Shown here: in pieces, positions 45,572 through 54,091 of the stretch
How the letters are laid out: each line of letters starts with the position of its first letter
Position numbering within the stretch: the first letter of the stretch is position 1
Source of the DNA: Flavobacteriales bacterium
GTDB lineage: Bacteria > Bacteroidota > Bacteroidia > Flavobacteriales > UBA1820
Assembly (NCBI GenBank): GCA_017620815.1
Contig: JAGAUI010000012.1
Location: 856 to 64,855, forward strand
Direction of reading: 5' to 3'
DNA: 64,000 nucleotides
Made by a program: the position numbers and the translations under genes
Notes under the pieces: generated by a model
Told to the model about the DNA's origin: nothing
Database searches by the model: none
Seen by the model: only the letters and a program-made list of their open reading frames with translations

Positions 45572-47413
45572 TTATACTAGTATAGAAGCTTTAGGATAAA
45601 GCATGCCTGGTTCTTGTCTTATGCTGCGTATAAGAGCATAACCAAATGTAAGCATACCTATACGTCCACAGAACATAGATATTATAAGCACTACTTTACT
45701 TGCTGTTGTAAGTTCTGGTGTAATACCTGTTGAAAGTCCCGTAGTAGCAAATGCCGATACCTGTTCAAAAACCAATTTCATCATGTCTTCTCCCGGTTGT
45801 GTAAAGGTAAGAATGATAGTACCTCCCACTACAAAACATAGTGAGAACATAAGTATGGTCATAGAGCGGAATATGACGCTTTGAGGTATTTCTTGGTGGG
45901 AGAGGTTAAGACGGTTTTTACCTTTTACGGTATTGATAGCTTGTAGAACCAGTACGCTCAAGGTAGTAGTCTTGATACCGCCACCGGTAGATACTGGCGA
46001 AGCACCTATAAACATCAGTATTATAAATATGATAAGAGTTGGTATATGCATATCCCCAAAGTCCATACTATTAAAACCAGATGTACGGGTGGTAGCACTC
46101 TGTAGAAAAGACATAATGAATCTTTCGCCTACTCCCATATCTTTGAGAGTGTTGTTCCATTCAAACATAGTAAAGAACATCATTCCTACACCTATCAATA
46201 TAAGAGTGGTATAGATACATATCTTGGTATTAAGGCTCCATTTGCGGTTTATTTTTCTTTTATGACGGAACATCATATCACCAAAAACATCTCTTATAAC
46301 AGGGAAACCTATGCTACCTAGCAGCACTAGAATACATATGACAAACTGTAGTACATAAGCATCACTGCAAAACGCATTGGTAAGCCCGCCGGGGAATAGA
46401 CTGAAACCTGCATTATTAAAAGCCGATATAGCATGGAACACAGAATAATATGCCTTCTGATAAAAATCTACAAATGGAGTATCATGACTCCAGTTAAAGA
46501 ATATAAGAATAGCACCTATTATTTCTATGATAAAAGTAGATATAAATATCTCTTTGAGAAGAGTCATACTGTCTGTAAAGTTGCTACTCTCCAGTGAGTC
46601 TTTTATAAGAGCATGAGAACGTATGCCTATGCTTTTTTTGGATAGTATGAGGAAAAATGATGCAAATGTGATGATATTAAGTCCACCTAGCTGTATGAGT
46701 AGCATTATGATTATCTGCCCTCTTATGGTAAATATTTCGGCTATATCTACCGTGCTAAGCCCTGTTACACATGATGCCGATGTAGCTGTAAAGAGTGCAT
46801 CTATAAATGAAAGTTCTACTCCATCTACACTCATACGTGGTAACATAAGAAGTCCCGAACCTATCGTTATAAGTACTATAAAAGACATCACAAATAGTTT
46901 GGGAGCAGACATATTCATAGAAGGAAGTAGAGAAGATGCTCTACCTAGTTCTATTATAAGCAGCAGTAAAAACGATACTTGTTCTACTATGACAGAAAAT
47001 ATATGAGGGTTTTCTACACCAAGTATATATGTTAATATACTCGTTGCCCACTGTGGTGATGTAGCATCATATATAAGCATACATAGTATTATGAGTAGCA
47101 ATATACCGGCTACACGATTTTCTTTAAAGTATTTGCGGGGAGTGAAACTATATATGTACCCTACTATGAATTTGAAATAGTAAAAACCTAGTATTATACG
47201 GAATATGATGTGTATAAAGGTGTTATTGGCTTCTGTGTTTTCAAAACCATGGTCAAATATAAGCATTCCTATACCAGATAGAGCAGCTATAGTACTGGTA
47301 ATACTCAGTACTTTGGATACTATTGTTTTGGAGTCATAGAGAAATATATTTATGTGTTCTCTAGTGGCACGCAATTGTTTTATGAACTTATTTTTAAGAA
47401 AGTTTAAATCCAT
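45572..47413 (-). CDS. TrkH/KtrB-family potassium transporter with an extra N-terminal membrane region
   Basis: 613 aa and polytopic. It has repeated M1-P-M2 selectivity-filter-like segments (..TASCVTGLS.., ..AFNNAGFS.., ..TTRTSGFN.., ..TGGGIKT..). Confidence 0.85.
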   Translation of the reverse strand: MDLNFLKNKFIKQLRATREHINIFLYDSKTIVSKVLSITSTIAALSGIGMLIFDHGFENTEANNTFIHIIFRIILGFYYFKFIVGYIYSFTPRKYFKENRVAGILLLIILCMLIYDATSPQWATSILTYILGVENPHIFSVIVEQVSFLLLLIIELGRASSLLPSMNMSAPKLFVMSFIVLITIGSGLLMLPRMSVDGVELSFIDALFTATSASCVTGLSTVDIAEIFTIRGQIIIMLLIQLGGLNIITFASFFLILSKKSIGIRSHALIKDSLESSNFTDSMTLLKEIFISTFIIEIIGAILIFFNWSHDTPFVDFYQKAYYSVFHAISAFNNAGFSLFPGGLTNAFCSDAYVLQFVICILVLLGSIGFPVIRDVFGDMMFRHKRKINRKWSLNTKICIYTTLILIGVGMMFFTMFEWNNTLKDMGVGERFIMSFLQSATTRTSGFNSMDFGDMHIPTLIIFIILMFIGASPVSTGGGIKTTTLSVLVLQAINTVKGKNRLNLSHQEIPQSVIFRSMTILMFSLCFVVGGTIILTFTQPGEDMMKLVFEQVSAFATTGLSTGITPELTTASKVVLIISMFCGRIGMLTFGYALIRSIRQEPGMLYPKASILV

Positions 47414-47476
47414 TTTCTGCTTTATGTTTACTTATATCACATGGCAAATTTACAATAAATTGTAAAACAAATATAT

Positions 47477-47510
47477 AAAAAGAGCGTTCTATACAGAACG
47501 CTCTTTTTTT
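47477..47510. terminator. bidirectional intrinsic terminator
   Basis: aaaa-agagcgttct-atac-agaacgctct-ttttttt has a 10-bp perfect stem. Confidence 0.8.
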
Positions 47511-47527
47511 AAATGTCTATAAAAAAA

Positions 47528-49192
47528 TTAGTTATTATCTTTTTTATCACTGTCTCGTATCTCTACACGACGTATCTTACCGCTTATGGTCTTTGGTAAC
47601 TCATTTACAAATTCCACTATACGAGGATATTTATATGGTGCGGTGATGTTTTTTACAAAATCCTGTATTTCTTTTATAAGTTTATCACCAGCCAATTCTT
47701 TGTATTTCTGAGCGAGGACTATTGTAGCTTTTACTATCTGTCCGCGTATCTCGTCGGCTACACCTGTTATGGCACATTCTACTACGGCAGGGTGTGTCAT
47801 AAGAGCACTCTCCACTTCAAATGGTCCTATACGATACCCCGAACTCTTTATCACGTCATCGGCACGGCTTACAAACCAGAAGTATCCGTCGCTGTCTCTT
47901 ATGGCGACATCACCAGTGTAGTATATTCCATCATGGAACGAACGTGCAGTTTTTTCTTTATCGCGATAGTATTCTTTAAATAGTCCCAATACTTTTTTAC
48001 CATGTGTACGTATGACTATCTGTCCTTCTTCTCCATCTGGAACGCTACGACCTTCGCTATCTACTATATCCACATCATATTGTGGGTTACGTATGCCCAT
48101 GCTACCAGTCTTTGGTTCTATCCAAGGATATGATGCTATGATAAGGGTTGTTTCTGTCTGTCCAAAACCTTCCATCAGTTTAATACCAGTGAGTTCTTTC
48201 CATTGTTTATAGACTTCGGGGTTGAGAGCTTCACCGGCTATGGTGCAGTATTTAAGAGATGACAGGTCATATTTTTTCACGTCTTCGCGTATCATGAAGC
48301 GATACACGGTAGGTGGTGCACAGAAAGAAGTAATATGGTATTTTTCTATCATTTGCAGTACTTCTACTGGTACAAATTTTTCATAGTCATATATAAATAC
48401 ACAAGCTCCAGAGAGCCATTGTCCATATAATTTACCCCATACAGCTTTACCCCATCCAGTATCTGCCAGAGTAAAATGAAGGCTTTTTTCATCTAGATTA
48501 TGCCAATATTTACCAGTGATAATATGTGCCAGTGGATATGTAAAATCGTGTGCTACCATCTTTGGGTTACCTGTAGTACCCGATGTAAAATACATTATCA
48601 TAGTGTCGTCATTGCTGTTCACGTGTTCTGGACGTACAAATGGTGCAGCGTTTTTTACACCATAGTGATAGTCATACCAACCCTGTGGAACATATGGCCC
48701 TACCGATACTCTGTACTGCACACTAGGAGAATCTCCCATAGCAGCGTCTATACGGTCTGTAATCTCTTTATCTCCACATGCAACTATCATTCGTATGCCT
48801 GCCGCATTGGCACGATAGACTATATCGTGTGTCATTAAAAGATGTGTAGCTGGAATACATACAGCTCCTATCTTGTGTAGTGCGATGATAGAAAACCAAA
48901 ACTCATAGTGGCGTTTGAGGATAAGCATCACTCTATCACCTTTCTTTATACCTAGTGAGGTAAAGTATGATGCTACGCGGTCGCTTTCTCTTTTAACGTC
49001 GGCAAATGTGAATTCTATCTTTTCCTTTTTATCACTTATCCATAGCATTGCCTTTTTATCTGGCTCTACTTCTGCCCAAGCGTCCACAACATCATACCCG
49101 AAATTAAAATTTTCTGGTACTATTACCTCAAAGTTCTTCATGAAATCTTCCTGAGAGGTAAAGTGAGTTTGTTTTAAGAATTTTTCTAACAT
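47528..49192 (-). CDS. AMP-forming acyl-CoA synthetase (medium/short-chain, ACSM-like)
   Basis: 554 aa. It has the AMP-binding signature MYFTSGTTGNPKMV, then GQTE, YYTGD and the C-terminal ..LPKT.SGKI.R. Confidence 0.88.
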   Translation of the reverse strand: MLEKFLKQTHFTSQEDFMKNFEVIVPENFNFGYDVVDAWAEVEPDKKAMLWISDKKEKIEFTFADVKRESDRVASYFTSLGIKKGDRVMLILKRHYEFWFSIIALHKIGAVCIPATHLLMTHDIVYRANAAGIRMIVACGDKEITDRIDAAMGDSPSVQYRVSVGPYVPQGWYDYHYGVKNAAPFVRPEHVNSNDDTMIMYFTSGTTGNPKMVAHDFTYPLAHIITGKYWHNLDEKSLHFTLADTGWGKAVWGKLYGQWLSGACVFIYDYEKFVPVEVLQMIEKYHITSFCAPPTVYRFMIREDVKKYDLSSLKYCTIAGEALNPEVYKQWKELTGIKLMEGFGQTETTLIIASYPWIEPKTGSMGIRNPQYDVDIVDSEGRSVPDGEEGQIVIRTHGKKVLGLFKEYYRDKEKTARSFHDGIYYTGDVAIRDSDGYFWFVSRADDVIKSSGYRIGPFEVESALMTHPAVVECAITGVADEIRGQIVKATIVLAQKYKELAGDKLIKEIQDFVKNITAPYKYPRIVEFVNELPKTISGKIRRVEIRDSDKKDNN

Positions 49193-49211
49193 CTGATTTT
49201 AATTTATAAAA

Positions 49212-49229
49212 TGAATGAACGTTCATTCA
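49212..49229. promoter_or_regulatory. 18-bp perfect palindrome TGAATGAACGTTCATTCA, candidate operator 20 nt upstream of the acyl-CoA synthetase start
   Basis: Self-complementary over all 18 nt, checked by hand. Confidence 0.5.
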
Positions 49230-49289
49230 CACTAGTGCAAATGTATGTCATATGAAATAAAAAAGTGTTAAAAAATTATTATTTAACGG

Positions 49290-49303
49290 AATGAACGTTC
49301 ATT
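49290..49303. promoter_or_regulatory. second copy of the operator core (AATGAACGTTCATT, 14-bp perfect palindrome)
   Basis: It shares the central 14 nt with the site at 49212-49229. The two centres are 76 bp apart. Confidence 0.45.
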
Positions 49304-49594
49304 TTTTTCACATTGATAAAAAATAATACTCTTAAAGAAAAATATGTATGAATATATATGGAAAAAATGATGATAATTAAATTTTTTGCACAAAAGGGAA
49401 TATTTTTATGCATAAAAAGAACACCTAGAAAAATTCAGATAATTTTCTTAAAACATAAAATATATAAAAATACGCTGTAAATGTATGTCTTACAGTGTAT
49501 TATATAATAAGTGTAAAAATTGATTAACATTTAGAATTTTTCTCTCCACCACTTTTACATCTATGAGAGAAACAGAAAGGCTTATATTAACATT

Positions 49595-51499
49595 TTACCT
49601 ACCCAAAAATATAAGCAGCACCGAAATATCGGCGGGACTTACTCCACTTATCCTCGAAGCCTGTGCTATGTTTTTCGGACGGATTTTGTCAAGTTTCTGT
49701 CTAGCCTCTATAGTTATCGAGTTTATACGGAAGTAGTCAAAATCATCTGGGATGATTACATTTTCAAGACGAGTAATTTTGTCTGCCGCCTCTCGTTCTT
49801 TATCTATATAGCCTTGGTATTTAACGTGGATTTCGGCTTGCTGGACGGCATCGGGTTTGATGTCGTTATCTTGTATGAACTTTTCTACTCCTTTGAAATA
49901 CTGGCGAGCATCGTCCATAGTGATATTTGGACGTGCGAGGATTTTGTCTGCCTTACAGCCTTGAACCATCGCTGCCGAATCTCTTTTTTCTAACAGAGTG
50001 TTACCCTCATCTACTGTGATAGATTTTTCACGCAAGTAATCTACCAGCATAGAGGATTTTTTTACTTTCTCCTCTACTCTACGCAATGCTTCATCAGTCA
50101 CACAACCCATCTGGTGAGCCACTGGAGTAAGACGTATATCGGCGTTATCTCCACGCAATAGTGTACGATATTCGGCACGAGAGGTAAACATACGGTAAGG
50201 TTCTTCGGTGCCTTTGGTGATGAGGTCATCTATGAGAACACCTATGTATGCTTCGTCGCGACGCAATATAAATTCGCTTTCACCTTTTAGGCGACGTACG
50301 GCGTTTATAGCCGCTACCAGACCTTGGCCAGCTGCTTCTTCATAACCTGTAGTACCGTTTATCTGCCCTGCAAAATACAGGTTTTTGATTAGTTTGGTTT
50401 CAAGTGTAGCTGTGAGCTGTGTAGGTGGAAAATAGTCATATTCTATGGCATAACCGGGACGTAGCATCTTGGCTTTTTCAAATCCTTTGATACGACGCAA
50501 AGCCTTCATCTGTATGTCTTCTGGCAGAGAAGTAGAGAAACCATTGATATACATTTCTACCGTACCTAGACCTTCTGGTTCTACAAATACCGGGTGGGCA
50601 CTCTTTTCGGCAAAACGGTTTATCTTATCCTCTACCGATGGGCAGTAACGTGGCCCTACTCCCTTGATTCTGCCTGTAAACATAGGCGAACGGTCAAAAC
50701 CTTCGCGGAGTGCTTCGTGAACACTTTCGTTGGTATAGGACATATAGCAGCTTACCTGTGGAAGCATGATACGGGTATCTGAAAACGAAAAACGTACAGG
50801 TACATCGTCTCCCTTTTGTTCTATCATCACAGAAAAATCTAGTGAACGTGCGTCTATACGTGGAGGGGTACCTGTCTTCATACGCCCACTCTCAAAACCT
50901 AGTCCTACTAGACATTCTGTAAGACCTTCGGCGGCTATTTCGGCTATACGCCCACCGCTGTATTGTTTTTCACCTATGTGTATTATACCATTTAGGAATG
51001 TTCCGTTGGTAAGGATAAGGGTTCGGCATTCTACCTCTACCCCTAGCGAAGTTTTTACGCCTGTTACAGTGCCGCTGTTATCTACTTTTATACCTATAAC
51101 AGTATCGGCAAATAGGTCTAGGCCGTCTGTGTGTTCTAGTTCTTCACGCCACTGCTGTGAGAAGCGGTATTTGTCGCATTGTGCACGAGGACTCCACATG
51201 GCTGGGCCTTTGGACATATTGAGCATTTTGAATTGGATGCCGGTCATATCGGTAACTATACCAGAATATCCACCTAGTGCGTCAATTTCTCGTACTATCT
51301 GTCCTTTGGCTATACCACCCATAGCGGGGTTACATGACATCTGTGCTATGGAGGGTAGGTTCTGTGTGATAAGAAGTGTAGATGCTCCCATGCGGGCGGC
51401 AATACGTGCGGCCTCGCTACCAGCGTGGCCTCCGCCTACTACTATCACATCATATGTTGTCTCAAATACTGCCATCTTACTATTTCTTTTGATATGCAA
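49595..51499 (-). CDS. mnmG: tRNA uridine-5-carboxymethylaminomethyl(34) synthesis enzyme MnmG (GidA)
   Basis: 634 aa. It has [15 protein letters not shown], the [12 protein letters not shown] signature and the C-terminal ..I.GV..A.I..L. The start may instead be the ATG at 51475 ([16 protein letters not shown]). Confidence 0.97.
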   Translation of the reverse strand: MHIKRNSKMAVFETTYDVIVVGGGHAGSEAARIAARMGASTLLITQNLPSIAQMSCNPAMGGIAKGQIVREIDALGGYSGIVTDMTGIQFKMLNMSKGPAMWSPRAQCDKYRFSQQWREELEHTDGLDLFADTVIGIKVDNSGTVTGVKTSLGVEVECRTLILTNGTFLNGIIHIGEKQYSGGRIAEIAAEGLTECLVGLGFESGRMKTGTPPRIDARSLDFSVMIEQKGDDVPVRFSFSDTRIMLPQVSCYMSYTNESVHEALREGFDRSPMFTGRIKGVGPRYCPSVEDKINRFAEKSAHPVFVEPEGLGTVEMYINGFSTSLPEDIQMKALRRIKGFEKAKMLRPGYAIEYDYFPPTQLTATLETKLIKNLYFAGQINGTTGYEEAAGQGLVAAINAVRRLKGESEFILRRDEAYIGVLIDDLITKGTEEPYRMFTSRAEYRTLLRGDNADIRLTPVAHQMGCVTDEALRRVEEKVKKSSMLVDYLREKSITVDEGNTLLEKRDSAAMVQGCKADKILARPNITMDDARQYFKGVEKFIQDNDIKPDAVQQAEIHVKYQGYIDKEREAADKITRLENVIIPDDFDYFRINSITIEARQKLDKIRPKNIAQASRISGVSPADISVLLIFLGR

Positions 51500-51550
51500 A
51501 ATTACGTTTTATGCCTCATATCCCAAACAACTTTTTTACTATAAAAAAGA

Positions 51551-51576
51551 AAGGGTGTTCCACGTGGAACGCCCTT
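51551..51576 (-). terminator. hairpin/terminator after the nupC cluster; contains palindrome copy 1 (GTTCCACGTGGAAC, 51557-51570)
   Basis: aagggtgttccacgtggaacgccctt is flanked by an A-run (51542-48) that gives a U-run on the minus strand. One stem position is A.C on the minus strand. Confidence 0.5.
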
Positions 51577-51592
51577 TTAAAATCATGTCAAT

Positions 51593-51606
51593 GTTCCACG
51601 TGGAAC
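51593..51606. repeat. palindrome copy 2 (GTTCCACGTGGAAC)
   Basis: Exact 14-bp perfect palindrome, identical to 51557-51570 and 36 bp away. It abuts the stop codon of the 99-aa ORF. Confidence 0.7.
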
Positions 51607-51905
51607 TATGAATATTTGGTGTACAAAAGGTATGCTAGATACAATGCCAAGTTTATAAATGAAAATAGTGTTCCTGCCTTCTGGTAGTATTCTACTCCGC
51701 GGCGTGTGGCAGAAAGAATAGCTATGATGATAACTTGCAGTACTACCAGTATGGCTGGTGAATAAACGGCTGTGAGGGCTATGTAATTATTCACTATAAC
51801 GTGTGATAAAAAATCACTGCCAGTGATTTGGTTTATCCATAGTAGTACGATGGATATAAATGATAGCAGGTTTATGCTATTGATGTATTTGTAGAGTTTT
51901 ATCAT
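51606..51905 (-). CDS. hypothetical small membrane protein
   Basis: 99 aa with 3 predicted TM helices. It starts 19 nt after the nupC-like gene on the same strand. Confidence 0.4.
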   Translation of the reverse strand: MIKLYKYINSINLLSFISIVLLWINQITGSDFLSHVIVNNYIALTAVYSPAILVVLQVIIIAILSATRRGVEYYQKAGTLFSFINLALYLAYLLYTKYS

Positions 51906-51924
51906 CGTGTGTAATGTTTTGTTT

Positions 51925-53400
51925 TTAACCTATGAGAGCCCCTGCTACTGTGGCCGAAAGCAGTGAAGCGATACTACCTCCTATGAGGGCTTTCATACCA
52001 AATGATGCCAGTACAGAACGTTTTTCTGGTGCTAGAGCCCCTATTCCACCTATCTGTATGCCTATAGATGCAAAATTGGCAAATCCAGAAAGTATAAATG
52101 TAGCCATAACTATGGCTTTCTGTGTCATAAATACGCCCGCAGCATTGTATGTGGCAAGTTCTGTGTATCCTACAAATTCGCTCATTATCATTTTAAGTCC
52201 TAGCAGTGAACCCACATGGGTAGAATCCACCCAAGGTACACCTATTATACCCATAAGAGGAGCAAATATAATACCTAGTATAGACTGAAGGTTGATTTCT
52301 GTAACACGACCATCTGTCCAGTCTGCTACCAGTGTGTCCAGTCCCACCAGCCCCGATACTGCCGATATGATATAGTTTACCAGAGCTATAAACGCCACAA
52401 AAACTACAAGCATTGCTGCTACATTGGCAGCGAGTTTAAGACCTTCGGTAGTACCGCGAGAGATAGCGTCTAGGAAGTTGGAACCTATTTTGTCCATAGA
52501 AACTTGGACGTTGCCATCTACTTTTTCTGTCTGTGGGCATAGAATTTTGGAGGCTACTACTGCTGCTGGTGCTGCCATTACCGATGCCATGAGGAGGTTA
52601 CGTGCAAACTCCTGTCGCAATACTGGGTCATCACCACCTAGGAAAGATATGTATGCTGCCAGTACACCTCCTGCTAGTGTGGACATACCGCCTGTCATTA
52701 CTAGAAGTATCTCGGAACGGTTCATACGGGAGATATATGGCTTAATCATAAGCGGGGCTTCTGTCTGCCCTAGGAATATATTACCAGCCACAGAAAGGCT
52801 TTCGGCACCAGATATGCCCATAAAACGAGTCATAACGCGAGCCATACCTCCTACTACCTTCTGTATGATACCCCAGTAGAATAATACAGATGTGAGAGCC
52901 GAAAAGAATATGATAGTAGGTAAGACTTGGAAGCAGAATATGTATCCAAATTTGCTTTGGTCCATAAGCCCTCCAAATATAAACGCAGCACCTTCTTTTG
53001 AAAAGTCAAGTATTTTTACAAATCCTCGGCTTATCCATTCAAATATACTACCTATAAATCCTACTTCCTGTATGCCCAGTGCTATGAGTATCTGCATGGC
53101 TATACCTATGCTTACCAGTTTCCATGATATGGCTCGGCGATTCTCACTCAATGCTACAAGTATAAGCAGCAGTACAGCAATACCTATGATGCCTTTTACT
53201 ATGCCCCATAGTGTGATACCTTGGCTGGGGATTATCTCAATTGTAGGTGTTTTAGCCTCGATGACTTCTTGTGGAGCAACATCGGCTATTTCTATGGCAG
53301 TAGCTATGCTGTCTGCTGTGGCTAATGTGTCATTTGCCTCTTGTGCATCTGCAAATGCTATACACACTAGCGATAGAATAATTAAAAATGTCTTTTTCAT
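51925..53400 (-). CDS. NupC/CNT-family nucleoside transporter with an N-terminal signal-peptide extension
   Basis: 491 aa. It has CNT family blocks (..G..FIFG.L.., ..GNIF.GQTEAPL.I.PY.., ..GG..T.AG..LA.Y.., ..SGFANF.SIGIQIGG.). Confidence 0.88.
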   Translation of the reverse strand: MKKTFLIILSLVCIAFADAQEANDTLATADSIATAIEIADVAPQEVIEAKTPTIEIIPSQGITLWGIVKGIIGIAVLLLILVALSENRRAISWKLVSIGIAMQILIALGIQEVGFIGSIFEWISRGFVKILDFSKEGAAFIFGGLMDQSKFGYIFCFQVLPTIIFFSALTSVLFYWGIIQKVVGGMARVMTRFMGISGAESLSVAGNIFLGQTEAPLMIKPYISRMNRSEILLVMTGGMSTLAGGVLAAYISFLGGDDPVLRQEFARNLLMASVMAAPAAVVASKILCPQTEKVDGNVQVSMDKIGSNFLDAISRGTTEGLKLAANVAAMLVVFVAFIALVNYIISAVSGLVGLDTLVADWTDGRVTEINLQSILGIIFAPLMGIIGVPWVDSTHVGSLLGLKMIMSEFVGYTELATYNAAGVFMTQKAIVMATFILSGFANFASIGIQIGGIGALAPEKRSVLASFGMKALIGGSIASLLSATVAGALIG

Positions 53401-53442
53401 TACTATGTATTATATTGATTTTTCTATTTATATCCTATCGTG

Positions 53443-54039
53443 TTACATATTGTGCCCAGTCTCTCTCTTTTTTATCTGGTCACGTAATTTGGCGGCCTGT
53501 TCATAGTCTTCTATACTTACAGCTCTTTCCATCTTGTCTCGTAACTGTTCTATGTCTAGCGAAGTGTTTTCTATATGAGAATCATTATTCACTGGGTTAT
53601 ATGGAGGACTCTCTCTTAATACTATACCTACCTGTTCTACTATATGTGGGTAGGTGTATATGGGTGCATCGGCTTTGAGTGCCAGAGCTACCGCATCAGA
53701 CGTACGGGAGTCTATTATCACGTCTTTTTCTCCCAGATATGAACTAGTGTAGATATAAGAGTGAAAAACACCATCTATAAACTTGTGTATCAATACTTTA
53801 TCTATGTTTATATCATAAGCTCTCATGATGTGATATGCTGTATCATACATCATGGGGCGGGATATGTCTTTTTCATCTGATGTTATAAGTGCCAGATTTC
53901 TAGCTTCGTTGATACCTATGACCACTGGTATGTATTTTCCCATCTCTTCACAGCCTAGAAGCATGGTGTAAGAGCCTGTGTGTGAACTGTTATACACGAT
54001 GGTATGCAGTGTGAGGGTAACGAGTGCTTCTTTTGACAT
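53443..54039 (-). CDS. bifunctional nuclease (DUF151/BFN) family protein with a C-terminal UVR motif
   Basis: 198 aa. It has ...IPVVIG..EA..L........RP..YD and D.R.SDA.ALAL....PIY, with the C-terminal ..YE.AAKLRD.I. Confidence 0.8.
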   Translation of the reverse strand: MSKEALVTLTLHTIVYNSSHTGSYTMLLGCEEMGKYIPVVIGINEARNLALITSDEKDISRPMMYDTAYHIMRAYDINIDKVLIHKFIDGVFHSYIYTSSYLGEKDVIIDSRTSDAVALALKADAPIYTYPHIVEQVGIVLRESPPYNPVNNDSHIENTSLDIEQLRDKMERAVSIEDYEQAAKLRDQIKKRETGHNM

Positions 54040-54091
54040 AGTCTATGGTGTTTGCTACGAATGAGAAAGTTAGCTTTTTTCTATCTATTGT

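Noticed and set aside
49237-49500. Loose direct repeat (aaatgtatgtc ... aagtgt.aaaaatt.att) seen twice in the same gap
   Set aside because: Only short blocks match, and only with shifting spacing. In DNA this AT-rich, such similarity is expected by chance.
49193-49594. Second large AT-rich gap, next to mnmG (gidA), considered as the origin of replication
   Set aside because: I found no TTATNCACA-type boxes or periodic repeats there. It lies at the 3' end of mnmG rather than upstream of it. Its conspicuous features are the palindromic operator pair, which fits a promoter/regulatory region for the acyl-CoA synthetase.
50766-51611. 281-aa plus-strand ORF, the longest unassigned ORF in the track
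   Set aside because: It lies entirely antisense to mnmG, whose identity is unambiguous. Its translation is low-complexity and Ser/Pro/Arg-rich with no motifs, as is typical of a shadow ORF.
51932-53506. Plus-strand ORFs of 118, 151 and 204 aa
   Set aside because: All are antisense shadows of the NupC-family transporter gene. Their composition is Ala/Ser/Pro-biased, none has a promoter box, and none shows a family signature.
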